This document shows, one piece after another, positions 49,727 to 64,000 of a stretch of DNA of 64,000 nucleotides. Both the position numbers and the translations under genes were made by a program. This DNA comes from the human T2T-CHM13v2.0 reference genome, Homo sapiens: assembly GCF_009914755.1 (NCBI RefSeq), contig NC_060927.1; one strand, 5' to 3'. The number at the start of each line of letters is the position of its first letter. Within the stretch, counting starts at the first letter, position 1. The notes beneath the pieces are model-generated. The model was not told where the DNA came from and did no database searches. It saw only the letters and a program-made list of their open reading frames with translations.

Positions 49727-50551
49727 CTGTGGAGGAAAACAGATTTAATAACAAGTAAAAAAAATTTTTTTTTCACATTTTCTACAAATCAAATGAGGCA
49801 GAAAAAAATAATGCTCTATCTAGCTTTTAACAGGATCCAACTGGGTAGAAAATGGACCCTGGGAGACTTCTTAGGGTCTGAGCTGGGACTGCCCCCACAA
49901 AGGCTGCTAAGAGGACCTTGAAGAAAGTAAGTTGTCTCTATTTTCCTAACTCTACTCTAATGGTTGCAAGGGAGTTCTGGTGCATCCCTTCTGGATTACA
50001 AATCTCCCAGAAACTATAAGAATGCTTCATCCCCTCACTGGTTCCCCCAGGAACATCAAACCCTGACTGAGATCAAGTATCTAATCTGATCTCTGAAGAC
50101 CGGGGCATAAGGCCTGTAACTGGAGGGGGCTTTTGTGACACTCACACTCAAAGTCAAGTTTGGGGAAAGTAGTGCTAAGTGACCATTGCTCAGTAAAGCC
50201 ACATGAAGTTCTTCAGGGGTTCCCTGGAAGTAGGACCACATTGATGTTGCTGTCTTCAATGTACTGAAAACATCCGTGCTGGCACATTTGAAAGCAGATC
50301 CAAGATGAGAGGGCAAGTCACTGCCAGCTGGCCCACAGGGCAGAGGTGACATGGCAAAGGGACAGAGCAAACTCTGTGAGACAGCAGCCACAGATCCTAT
50401 CCTAGCGTTGTCACGTACTGGCTGGCTGTGCAGTCGGAAGCACTAGCTCTCTTTGCACCATCTGTAAAATCATTTCCACGATACATTTTTTACATGTTAC
50501 CAGTTCTAATAGTGATATAATTTCAAATTGAGAGACATTGTCATGGAATAA

Positions 50552-50886
<335 letters not shown>

Positions 50887-51633
50887 CTCCACCTCAACTT
50901 CTAAGACATATTTAAGGCTAATATTTTTTCCTTTAAAACTGAACTTTGAGCTGTATTGGCTGGACATGCTCTGAGAGTCCTTCCAGAGCTAACATCTGTG
51001 GCTGCAGAATGGAAAGACCCTTTCCTTTCATGCTTGCTCACATGTGTGCACTTGCTCACAATAATCTAAATGATGGGAAACTATTGTTCATGCCAACATT
51101 TTTGAAAATGGGAAAAATAAGTAACAGATATTCAGATGTAATTCTTCTTCTAGACATTTTTTTAAAAGCCAGACTAGTATGAAAATTTATGCAAATTTGA
51201 ATATAAAAAAGAAAAACAACATCTTTAAATTTTTTCTCTTTCATTCTGTGGAAATAATTTATTTTAAAACTTCATGATATTTATCTGTCCATTTAAAACT
51301 GTGTTAATAGCTTATAAAACAATGGGTATGGTATGGCTGGAGCCAGCTTCTGCAGGCCCTCTGCCATGCCAGGCCAGGTGCCACGCCTCCAGGTGCAAGA
51401 CCATGGGGTGGTCCAAGGGTCCCAGGGGAGAGGCCTGGGCAATGAAGAAGTGGTGGCACCGGTGGAGGCGCTCAGGACAGCTGCTGTTTACCGACCAGTA
51501 AAGGTACATTTCACTGTTTGAACAACTGATACGATGGTACGAGCGTGAACCACCTGAAGACCAGCTCTACACTCTGCAACTCAGTGTTAGAACAAAGAAT
51601 GCTTTACAGAAAGGAAAGTTGGAAAATACTTAC

Positions 51634-51740
51634 CAAGCTAGTAATTTCACTATGCAAGTCTTGATAGGCCATGGAATGTTTCTCTTCTGGGTCAAATGTT
51701 TCTGATACTGTCACTGAAATCTTCCCAGGGAATACCTTTC
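51634..51740 (-). CDS. MUC13: Mucin-13 exon 4 (SEA domain, part 1)
   Basis: TTTCAG|GAAAG...TTG|GTAAG; 107 nt; GKVFPGKISVTVSETFDPEEKHSMAYQDLHSEITSL. Confidence 0.95.
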
Positions 51741-52028
51741 CTGAAAGTTAAGCAGAATCTTTCTGTACTATTTGATGAAAAGAGGGTCATTTCCATTTTG
51801 TTTTAAAACATAGATTATTTTTTAGAATTCCCAACATTATATAACGACACTACAGGAAATCTGGAAATATTTTAAAAGTTACCCATCATCCTGCCCAACC
51901 TAGCACAACCATTTTAATTTTGGTATATTTCTTTCCATTTACAGTTTACATTGTTGTAATTCCAAGTTTATGCCATATTTCTTTTCTTCTTATTATATAA
52001 TAGGTATTTTCCAAATCGTTGCCTAGTC

Positions 52029-52340
52029 TTTTTTTTTTTTTTTTTTTTTGAGAGAGAGAGACAGATAGGGTCTTGCTCTATCACCCAGGCTGGAGTGCAG
52101 TGGCACAACTGGGTCACTGCAGGCTTGAACTCCTGGGCTCAAGGGATCCTCCTGCCTCAGCCTCCTGAGTAGTTGAGACTACAGGTATATGCCACCACAG
52201 CCAAGCAATTTTTTAACTTTTGTAGAAATGGGGGTCTCAGTATGTTGGCTAGGCTAGTCTCAAATTCCTGGCCTCAAGTGATCCTCCTGCCTTGGCCTCC
52301 CAAAGTGCTGGGATTACAGGTGTGAGCTCCTATGCCTGGT
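52029..52340 (-). mobile_element. Alu (J-like) within old antisense L1M remnants
   Basis: Antisense Alu. Confidence 0.88.
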
Positions 52341-53100
52341 CTCATAACCATCATTTTTAAAGGTTGCATAATATTCTGTGAAGTACATGTCCCCTTCCTT
52401 GATGTAATCATTTTTTGTTATTGGACTTAGTGCTTTTAATTATTTAAAAGGAAAAGAAAAAGTTGCAATGAACATCTTCACACACAAACTGTTCTTCTGT
52501 ATTTGGGGTCACTTACTTAGAGTAAATCCCCAGGAGTGAGATTATTAGTGCTAAAAATATGAGCATTTGGGGGCCTTTTGGTATATCCCTAACCCCAGTG
52601 GGCAATGCAATGCATTCATTTCTTATAGAATTGGCTGCTCTGGAAAATGAAGATATTTCTCATTCATAAAACAGAAAAAAAAAAAAAAAACAGAACTCAG
52701 ACAGTCAGCCCTCAGACCTTCATTGCACCCTGGTGATCTAATCAAAACATCATTATGCCACAAGTGTATAAATGTACTCCTGAAATCCATTTTTAGAGCT
52801 GAAGGGCTCTTATGTCTCTAAGAGGGGGATCTGATGTTATGGAGCAAACAAATCTTGTGACACAGAACTGAAGATCAGGCTCCCAGGGTTGCTGGACTGT
52901 GTGGTCTTTGATAGATCACCTTGTTCTGCCTCAGTGTCCCTAGGTAACAGCACTTTTCTCTACTTTGCTGGCCTTTGTTGCCTCTGCATTTTCTTTATCT
53001 CTCATATTTTGGAATCTCCTTTTGCCATCATTTTGAGTTTTCGATTCCACTTTTGGTGTGAGATACAGAGCTCAGCCATGGCTCATCCCTTGTAACTCAC

Positions 53101-53223
53101 CTTTCTTACATGTAGAAGAGTTGTAGTAATACCCTTCTAAACACAGGCAAAAACTTGTATTATGCAGCTTAACACATAACGAATTATCTGCACAGGGATC
53201 ATCTTGGCAAGGATTGCTGGGAC
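53101..53223 (-). CDS. MUC13: Mucin-13 exon 3 (EGF-like 1)
   Basis: AG|GTCCC...AAAG|GTGAG; 123 nt; GPSNPCQDDPCADNSLCVKLHNTSFCLCLEGYYYNSSTCKK, six-Cys EGF pattern; too short to appear in the ORF track. Confidence 0.96.
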
Positions 53224-54404
53224 CTTAGATGGAGTAGAAAGAGATTAGAAATCCAGAGAAATGACAATAAATAACAACTGGAAACGTATTTTTCCATCTT
53301 CATGCCTCCCCCCTGGGCCCTTTCCATTCCTTGCTTGTGTTACTCCACAGCACACTTTTGGAAGAGTTAAAAACAAATATTTGCTTGCTTAGGTCTCTAG
53401 AGAGTTTGTTTCTGAAATTCTAGAGCCAAGTATAATACTTGTCAATAGTAAAGATCAGAGATTAGTGTACAAGGGCTTGCCCAAAGAAAGAGAGATTGCA
53501 GTCTTCTGACTCCAAGGAGTCAGGAATCTTCAGATCTCAAAGTCCCTCCAGAACCTTGAAGTACGGTCCTCTAACACTAGGTGGGGCTCCCCAAAACATT
53601 CTAGATAAAACATCTTATTTTTAGAAAGGTATGAATAATTGTCATATAGGAAGAAACAGCCAAGAAGCTCCAAAAGAAACTAGATGTCACATTCTGTTAG
53701 GCATACCTAGGAGACATAGCCATAAAAACAGGAATGGGATAGTAAAGGAGAGAAATGTGGATTAACTCAGTGAAAATTCTAAGAGGCCATGAGAAGACAT
53801 TCCAGCCTCTGGCTTTCTAAGTGGATCATCTGAATAAATGGTGAAAATAACACTGCAATGGGTTCTACACTGTGGGCTGAGACTCCCAGGCCAGGCAGGG
53901 TGTAGCATCTTTCTTTCTCTGGGGAACTGATGAGATCTGAGGAGGAGAGTTAGCTCAGTGGTCCAGTGGTGATCTGGGCTATGAGTTTTCTTCACTTCTG
54001 TCAAGTGGAATGATTCTGAGCTGTGATGTCAGAATAGCTTATGTGTTTGATAACCTTCAGAGCTGTCTTGAGAGTCTTACAAACCTATATGTAGAAACCA
54101 CTGATTTCTTTAAAAGCTGTATGTAAGGTACAATGTGTATAACATGCTCTCTTTTGTGAATAAAAGAAGGGAAGGATTATACACAAGCAAATATTTGCTT
54201 ATATTTGCATAGGTAATTTCAGGAGGGAGATACAAGGAATTGGGCACAGAAGTTGCCTCTGGGGAAGGAAACTGGGGTTCTGGGTCCTAGGGGTTTAGGA
54301 TGAGAGGGAGATTTATTTTTTATTGTACATGATTTTGCCCTGTTTGAGCTGTTTTTTCCATAATTATAGGCCTAATTTACTTTTATTAAAAAATAAAAAG
54401 TAAA

Positions 54405-55187
54405 ATAATGCTGGTGAGAATATGGGGCAATGGGAACTCTCATTCATTGGTGGGAATGCAAAATGACACAGCCACTTTGAGAGGAAAGTTTGGTGGTTTC
54501 TTACAAAAATAAACATACTCTTACGAGAAGATCTGAGAGTCACCCTCCTTGGTATTTAATCAAAGGTGTGGAAAATTTATGTCCACACAAAAGCCTGCAC
54601 ATCCATGTTAATATCAGCTTTGTTCATGAGTGCCACTACTTGGAAGCAACCAAGATACCGTTCAGTAGGTGAATGGATAAACAAACTGGTACATCTAGAC
54701 AATGGAATATTATTCAGCACTAAAAAATGAGCTATCAAGCCATGAAAAGACATGGAGGAAATGCATGCTACTATGTAAAAGAAGCCAATCTCGAAAGGCT
54801 ACATAATGTATGATTCCAACTATATGACTTTCTGGAAAAGGCAAAACTGTGGAGACAGTAAAAAGATCTGTGGTTGCCAGGAGTTAGAGGGGAGGATGAA
54901 AAGTGCAAAAGATATTTAGGGTTGTGATCCTATAATAGTGGATGCATGCCATTATACATTTATTTGTCCAAATTCATAAAATGCACAGCACCACGAGTGA
55001 TCTCTAATGTAAACTATGGTCTGTAGGTGATAATGATGTGTCACTGGAGGTTTATCAATTGTAATAAACACACTGCTCTGGTGGGGGATGTTGATAATAT
55101 ATGTGTCAGGCCAGGGAGTATATGGGAAACCTCTGTACCTTTCTCTAAATCTTGCTGTGAGTCTAAAACTGCTCTAAAAATAAAGTT
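54405..55187 (+). mobile_element. L1MC-like 3' end
   Basis: atgagctatcaagccatgaaaagacatggaggaa...ttctggaaaaggcaaaact...ctaaaactgctctaaaaataaag. Confidence 0.85.
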
Positions 55188-55197
55188 CATTAACATT

Positions 55198-55487
55198 ATA
55201 TTTTTGAGACAGGGCCTTGCTCTGTTGCCCAGCCTGGAGTGCACTGACACAATCTTGGCTGGCTGCAACCTCTGCCTCCCAGGCTTGAGTGATACTCCCA
55301 CTTCAGCCTCCTGAGTAGCTGAGACTACAGGTGCATGCTACCACACCTGGCTAATTTTTGTATTTTTCTGTAGAGATGGGGTTTTGCCATGTTTCCCAGG
55401 CTGGTCTTGAACTCCTCAGCTCAAGCAATTCACCCACCTCAGCCTCCCAAAGTGCTGGGATTACAGGCGTGAGCCACCATGCCCGGC
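55198..55487 (-). mobile_element. Alu (J-like)
   Basis: TSD CATTAACA. Confidence 0.9.
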
Positions 55488-56290
55488 TTCCATTAACAAT
55501 TTTTTAAAGAGAAAAAAAATAGACTATATGGGATAAAAGGAGGCATAGTTCAGTATCTTATAAACAAAAATAAGCGTCACCCCTCTGACAAAGTATGAAC
55601 CAGTCTTCTAAATAAAATTAATGGCTTCTTTAAGAAAAGCCTCAGCCACCTTGCAAAGATGACTTGGGAAATCTTAAGGAAGAATGTGTCTCCTTCTGGA
55701 GACACCAGACAAACAACTCTGAGGTGCTTTCTCTTCAGCAACGAAGGACAGACTCATTAACTTGTTTCATGGCCAGGAATTGATTAAGTCACAGGATGTT
55801 ACAGCCAGAAGAGATTTGGGGGGCTTTTTAGTTCAGTCTCGCCTTATTGCAGATCACTAAGTTGAAGCCAAGAGAGAAATGACTTGCCCCATGCCCCACA
55901 GTTTGTTCATGGTAGGGCCAGAACACAGGAAGATGGCCTGACTCTGAGGGAACACCTGGCGAAGCAGAAATGGCTTAGAAAACCTCTCTTTCCTGATCCC
56001 AGGACAGCTGTGTCCCATTGGATCCCGCCTTCAGAGTGGCCCCTCCAAACATGAAAGATTGGGGAAAGAGGTCTTAGATACAGCCTCTGGGTTCTACTTG
56101 CTTAACCATCTATTTCTTAAATCTATCAAAGAACATTGAGGAAGCTACCAGAAGTTAAGGGTAGGGAGACATCCACTTGATCTTTGACCCTGGGTGAGTC
56201 ATGGCCCTCACTGGGTCCCAGATTTCCCATCTGAGAATGATAGGATTTATCTAGATTCTTTAGGCTCTAAAGTGTGACGATTCTTCTAGA

Positions 56291-56455
56291 TCAAGGGCTG
56301 GAAAACTATGGTTCACGAGTCATATCTGACCAACCTTTTGTTTGTTAACTGTGGCTGCTTTCATGTTAAAATAGTAGAGTGCAGGAGTTACAACAGAGAC
56401 CCCACATGGCCCACAAGGCCATTTAGCCTTTACTGATAAACGTAGTTGATTTCTG
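56291..56455. mobile_element. MER58-like hAT MITE remnant
   Basis: aaactatgg...tggctgctttc...gagttacaacagagac...tggcccacaagg...cctttac. Confidence 0.6.
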
Positions 56456-57105
56456 TTATAGGCTGAGCTTGGGGAAGTGAAGCAAATGGTTCCTGTTTCA
56501 TTAACTTCTGCTTGAGGTCACTTGTCATCTCTTAGTGTTCCCAAAGCACCTGTCCTTTGGACAATGGCCCTGGTTATGCCTAGGATTGTTTGAACACTGC
56601 TGTTGTTTTGCTTTCTACCCCTCAGTCTCAAATTCTATGACTTGGCTCAAGTTCCACATTGTGATCAGCCACCATCTTACAAGGGTAGAACTGACTTCTT
56701 CCTTAGGTAGACCAGAGAGCTAGACCAGTGGTGCTGGACAGTCTGTGCTTATTTGGACCTGGTCTTCTCAGAGCAGCTGAAACTATTTCTAAAAATCCCC
56801 TAGGGAGAGGAAAGCTATAGAGCTACCTTTCACAAAGCCCAAGTTCATTAAAAAAAATACTGCACAGCTAGCAAATAACTTGAGGTAGGATGGGAGGGAA
56901 GGAAAGGAGAACAGAAGGAAACTGAGGATTTTAGGGCCTCTGCTGTCACTACATTGTGACACAGATTTCAAGCCCACAGTTCATTTCCAAAGAAACCTTG
57001 GGCCTCTTTAGACCCATTTTCCTACCCCACCAGAACATACCCACCTCCCTCCCTCCACAATTGTACTCTCCATCCTTGGGGAGTCTTTGAGGGAATTGTC
57101 CTTAC

Positions 57106-57567
57106 CTGTGCTGTTTAGGGTGCTGGTCTCCAATAAAGCGGTGCCAGTGGGAGGCCCTGATGATTGATTGTCTTCTGTGGTGGGGGACATTTCATTGTTA
57201 CTTTGTGTTTCAGAAGGAACCATTGTGATTAATCCATCATTTGGAGATGAAGCGGTGATTATGTCAGAGGTAGCTAATGAATTTACATTTGTGGTTGACT
57301 CACTGTCTGCAGCAGTAGGTATAGGAATTGTGGAGGAACTATGTGTACTAATTATGGGGGGAGCAGGTGTAGGAATTGTGGAGGAACTATGTGTACTAAT
57401 TATGGGGGGAGCAGGTGAAGTAGCTGTTGGGAAAGAAGGTGTATTTGCTGTGGTGCTAGCAGTTTCAGGGAAATTAGTTTCAGTGGTATCAGCTGCAGCT
57501 ACTGTAGGACCACTAGTCGCAGTTTCTGTGGTTGTTACAGCATCAGCTGAGTTGCCTTGGTTGGTGG
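57106..57567 (-). CDS. MUC13: Mucin-13 exon 2 (Pro/Thr/Ser-rich mucin domain)
   Basis: Acceptor TTCCTCCAG|CC, donor ACAG|GTAAG; 462 nt; ATNQGNSADAVTTTETAT...STLNST matches MUC13. Confidence 0.96.
57322..57417. repeat. Perfect 48-bp x2 coding tandem repeat in MUC13 exon 2
   Basis: 57322-57369 identical to 57370-57417; encodes PAPPIISTHSSSTIP twice. Confidence 0.95.
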
Positions 57568-57654
57568 CTGGAGGAACAAAGATACCAAGTTTGAGGAGAC
57601 AGTACATTGAATAACTAATGGCAGTTACTTAATACTAAATCATATCCAACTCAT

Positions 57655-58253
<599 letters not shown>

Positions 58254-58375
58254 CAGAAGAGTTAATGTTTTTTAAGTTGAGTACTAAGAAGTAATATTAT
58301 TTATGCCTGTAGTCACGTAACTGTAGATCAGGGTTTAATATACTTCAGACCATTCTCAGTGAGGACAATTGAGAA

Positions 58376-58393
58376 TGCCACAAGGTGGCGCAG
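58376..58393 (+). promoter_or_regulatory. CTCF core motif in MUC13 intron 1
   Basis: TGCCACAAGGTGGCGCAG closely matches the CCASYAGRKGGCRS consensus. Confidence 0.6.
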
Positions 58394-58745
58394 TGACTAC
58401 CCAGAAATGGACTCCTTTTGTCTTTCTGCACTTTAAGGCAACTGTCCCATTTTTTCATTACCTTGATAGATTGAGGGAGGGAAAGGTTAGGGTTGGGTAA
58501 TTTAAAGAATAATAAAATAAAAATACCTCATTAAGTGCTTATTATACTTCTTCCAAAATTTTATTCTAGTAGTGTTTTCCCATTCACAATTCTAGATACA
58601 TTGACTAAGAGTAAGATGAATAAGTGATCTTTGCCCTCTGAGCTATGATGGATATCAAAGTCGCATTTTCACAACTTTTAGGAACCCCTGGACACATGGA
58701 GTAGTAAACTCTAGGGATCCAGTGATCCATTTTCTTCCCCCACTC

Positions 58746-58915
58746 TTTTATTTTATTTTTTTTTTTTAGAGACATGGTCTTGTTCTGTCACACATGCTGG
58801 AGTGCAGTGGTGCCATAATAGCTCACTGCAGCGCTGAAACTCCTGGGCTCAAGTGATCCTCCCACCTTGGCCGCCCAAGTGTTAGGATAACAGGTGTAAG
58901 CCACCTTGCCTGGCC
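58746..58915 (-). mobile_element. Alu monomer / internally deleted Alu
   Basis: Antisense Alu homology. Confidence 0.8.
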
Positions 58916-60724
58916 CAGTGATAAGTTTTCTAGAACTTTTCCTTGTCTCTAAGAACTCTGACCTTGACAATAGGTTAAAAAAATTATTGAAAGAAAAAGG
59001 TTTAGTGAGGAAGCAATTTCTAAACCTTAGGGTGCAGAGAACTGCAGAATATGCTTCCTGATTCCCCGATGGGTCTATGAGCCCCTTGAGGGCAGAGCCT
59101 GATTCTTCACCTTGAAGAGGGCTTGGCTAACATAGCCATTCAGAAGTGTTGAAGAGATCAGCAATTGCTCTTCCTAGGTAAGAAATACATCAGCAACTGG
59201 CAATGTTGACTGCCAGTCTTCCTATTCCTGCCACTCAGGATAGTTCTCATCTATCAAGCACTGGCCCTGTGCCCGACTGTACCTGTGAAGTAGACATAAG
59301 TGCCCACATTTGACAGAAGAGCCCACCAATACTCAGAAGGGTTAAGGAATTTGCCCAGAGGCAAAGCCAGGTCTGTGAGATGACAATGTCCTAACTATCA
59401 CTTGATTAAAGTTATGGGGAAGGCCATCCATTTAATGAAAAAGCCAAGACCCCCGAGGAACAAACACAAGAAAAGCAAATAGAGAAAATTGGGGATCAGA
59501 ATGAAAGCGGTGGAAATAGAAGTGACCTCCACGGTGCCCTCTATCATCGGAGTAGCAGTGAGAGTGGCCAGGGGCTGGCTCTCGCTGTGGAAAACTCTGG
59601 ACAGAAGAAAAGGACTTGGCAGACTGTGGGTGCAAACAACCCCAACCCCACCAGACCCTGAATTTCATGCTTTGGGAATATTCATTCTCGGCCGATGCCA
59701 AAGAACCAACATGTTTCTGTAGATGTGCATAAAACAAATTGGGACTTCTTGAGAGGTTTTTGCAGGTCTTTGGAATTATGACAAGGAGTTTTGGACTTGG
59801 TGGCTTGTTTATTTTGGTTTTAAATTTCTGTTCACTAGGGAGAATACATTTCAGAATGCTCAATTAGTTTTAATAAATGAGACACATTCCAAGCTGACAG
59901 CAATTCATTGCTGTGAATAGCTACGATTTTTTTTAAACTAAAATACACTTGTGTGTGTCTATGTGTATATATGTGTTTTATCTGAGGGTTGTATAGATTT
60001 CAGGGAAGACAGCTTAGAGCTGATATCCCAGGCTTAAATTATCTAGTAAAAATACCCAAGAGGAACTGTAAAATAACCTATTTTGTTCAATCTATAGATA
60101 AGAGAAATATATGAAGACATCTGTGCAGTAGAAATAACTTTAGTCTTTTTATTTCCTTAGGTCCTAAAGCTTCTAAATAACACAAGGATAGCACAACGTC
60201 CACAGAGGTACAAATCATAGGTTTCAATGGGAAAATATATGCCCTGACTTGGTTTCTTTCTGGGGAACACTCCATAATCACCACCCCTGTCCAGGGCACA
60301 CCTATAACTGCTTTATTCAAAGCTAGCTGAAAGTCACAATCAAACGCCTTTCTCCCAGATCTGAATTCTTCATTATGATGAGATGTTGGTTCCCAAAGGC
60401 ACTCATCAGATTCTGTGGAATAATGCAGTCCTAGTCTCTCAGAGAAAGCAAAAACAACCTGGGAAGTTTTGCCTGTTAAAGGCTCTTCAAATGTCACTGG
60501 CACATTTTTCATTTGTTTCAGTAAATGCTTGTGCGGGGGTTCTTGCAGTCAAGGTGCTATACAAGGCATAGGGGTGAGGAGGAACGTAAAGGTGTACAAG
60601 ACACACTTCCTGCCCTTGGTTGCTCAGAATCTGAGATGGAACTCATGTTTGAAGTAGTGATTCCTTACACACACCTCCAAAATCCTTAACGTTACATTAA
60701 AAAGCAACTTTTTAAAAATTTTCA

Positions 60725-61723
<999 letters not shown>

Positions 61724-61851
61724 TCAGATTGGATGCTCAATTTTTATTTCATATACATCTGTATTGTTTGGATTTGTTACAGTGGGTCTGCATTACTTGT
61801 ATAACTTTTTTAAACAAAGAAGAGGAAATCAAAACCAAAGTTTGAAAATCA

Positions 61852-62209
<358 letters not shown>

Positions 62210-62867
62210 TTATTAAGCCCCTATGTGCCAGGCAGTATCCCGGCACATCAGGCTCTTTGTCTCATTTAATCCTCTCAGTCACTCTTCAGTATAGGGATTT
62301 CCCCTCTATTGCTACACAGGAAGACACTGAGGGTCAGAGACACCCCACAGCTAATAAGTGGTGGCATGCCATCTGAATCCCTGCTTGCCCTACTTTTGCC
62401 CTTCCCCCTGGGTTCTCTGGGTCAAGAAACATCTCCATTCCCCTAAGGTCCCTTGAGCCTCAATGATTCCTGATTCCCTTAACTCTCTATTCATCTCCTT
62501 GTCCCCTCCCAGCCAACTTTCCCCTTTCTACCGCCCTTCTATTCTATTTTTAAAAAGTCAAGCCTTTTTTAACAGTGGCTCCTGAAAGTCATACAAGCCT
62601 CACCAATTCTTCCTTTGTCCTGAAGGCTTGGACCTAGCATCTGCCCCCAAGGTTGGCAGGAGAGATCTGGTGAGCCCTCCCCTCCTGTGCAGCTAGCCTT
62701 CTCCAACCTTCCAGCATTAAGAGCTTGAAACCAGCTCTCAAAAAACTCTAATCCTGATGCCATTCATTCCAGTTCTCTGAAAGGGCTTAATTTCTCTTCA
62801 TACATCTGCCTTATCAAATACTTTCTTCCTTTCTGCAAGCAGCTTCTAGATTTCAACTCATTGAACC

Positions 62868-63422
62868 TGAAGGAAATAAAAATATTTCACCCCCAAATAT
62901 AGCTCCATGATATAATGAGTATTTTAAATTAAAAACTCTTAGAGGTCAACAAGCGCTGTAAGGACTGATCCACCAAAGAAGAACTATTGCTCCTGTTCCC
63001 CTCCCTGTTATGTCATTATCCACTACAGGAAAGAAGACCGAGAAGGAAACCACCCCTGAGCTGACCCTTCATCAAGATAAGGACTGTCTCCAAGGATCTT
63101 TAAATTCCAAGGAGAATTATCTACAAGTTCATTTTTGTTCCCAGATCCAATTATTCTCCCTAATAATCATTTATTGCCCCTCAACAGAATTCCTCTTCTC
63201 CCTTCTTCCATAACTTGTTTTACCAAGATCCAAGCCCCCTTTCTTTCTGTAACCTCAAGATGGTGTATAAGCTTCTATACCTCATCAGGAAGTTGGGTGT
63301 TCATGCTGAAGGTTCCTGGGTACACACATTAAATACAGTTGTATGCCTTTTTTCCTATTAGTCCATCTACTTCATGCCAGTGATTTTTCTGCAAAATTTT
63401 AGGAAGCCAATTGGCCTCCACA
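62868..63422 (+). mobile_element. Solo ERV1 LTR, MER34-family-like
   Basis: TGAAGGAAATAAAAATATTTCACCCCCAAATATA start; ...ctgtaacctcaagatggtgtataagcttct...gtatgccttttttcctatta...CA end. Confidence 0.7.
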
Positions 63423-63759
63423 ACCCTCACCTCTCAACATACTGCTGACCTCACCCACATGTGGCCCATAGAACCCTTCCTAACTCAGAACAGAGAGTAC
63501 ATGTCTGAAGTCTAATCAACGTGACAATTACTCCCTATGGTTTAGCATTCTCAAATTCAAGTACATTTGTGAAAGGAGGCTTTTTGCTGTGGTCAGCTCT
63601 CTGATTATCATGAGAGGGGATCCAGAACGCTATAGTAGAGAACTGGGTCCTTGCAACCTACTTAGTCCTTCTTATCTGGCCTCAGGAACTCTCAAAGAGA
63701 AACCTCTGGTTTGCTGAGCCCCCAGATCTCACTCCATAGACCACTTCTTCCCCCCACCC

Positions 63760-63995
63760 CTACAAGATGGAGTCTCGTTCTGTCACTCCGTGTCATCTCA
63801 GCTCACTGCAACCTCCACTTCCCAAGTTCAAGCGATTCTTTCTGCCTCAGCCTCCTGAGTAGCTGAGACTACAGGTGCCCACCGCCACACCTGGCTAATT
63901 TTTTTGTATTTTTAGTAGAGATGGAGTTTCACCATGTTGGCCAGGGTGGTTTCAAACTCCTGACCTCAAGTGATCCATCTGCCTCGGCCTCCCAT
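63760..63995 (-). mobile_element. Alu (S-like, partial)
   Basis: Antisense Alu. Confidence 0.85.
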
Positions 63996-64000
63996 ATTGC

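Noticed and set aside
51330-51570. GC-richer patch near MUC13 exon 4, possible extra exon or old DNA transposon
   Set aside because: The MUC13 frame is complete without it; no convincing splice pair or family assignment
57168-57614. 148-aa plus-strand ORF with repeated hydrophobic segments
   Set aside because: Antisense shadow of MUC13 exon 2 and its 48-bp repeat

Overview
This is human/primate-type genomic DNA, Alu-dense with spliceosomal introns, recognisable as the ITGB5-MUC13 locus with both genes on the minus strand. The left part holds the 5' end of ITGB5 (integrin beta-5): CpG-island promoter, coding exon 1 (16347-16416) and exon 2 (2873-2958). The right part holds MUC13 coding exons 2-11 plus a non-coding last exon with poly(A) signal at 34880-34885. 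MUC13 exon 1 was not found and should lie beyond the right edge. The GT/AG-bounded exon lengths (1487 nt) plus the 52 nt expected for exon 1 give 1539 nt, i.e. 512 aa plus stop. The rest is mostly repeats (>50 Alus, L1M, L2, MIR, MER4A/MER34/MLT LTRs, MER30/MER5/MER33/MER58); repeat boundaries and subfamilies are approximate and called by eye. Almost all other ORFs in the track are Alu/L1 or GC-shadow artefacts. I found no evidence of a new protein-coding system. The most interesting non-obvious signals are: (i) an intergenic GC-box/ETS/CTCF module at ~30.9 kb next to an antisense Alu carrying a consensus splice donor, a candidate distal ITGB5 promoter with an Alu-derived first exon; (ii) a divergently oriented CTCF motif pair bracketing MUC13; (iii) two uORFs in the ITGB5 leader; (iv) a MUC13 stop codon that doubles as a splice-donor flank; (v) a tail-less Alu fragment with target-site duplications.
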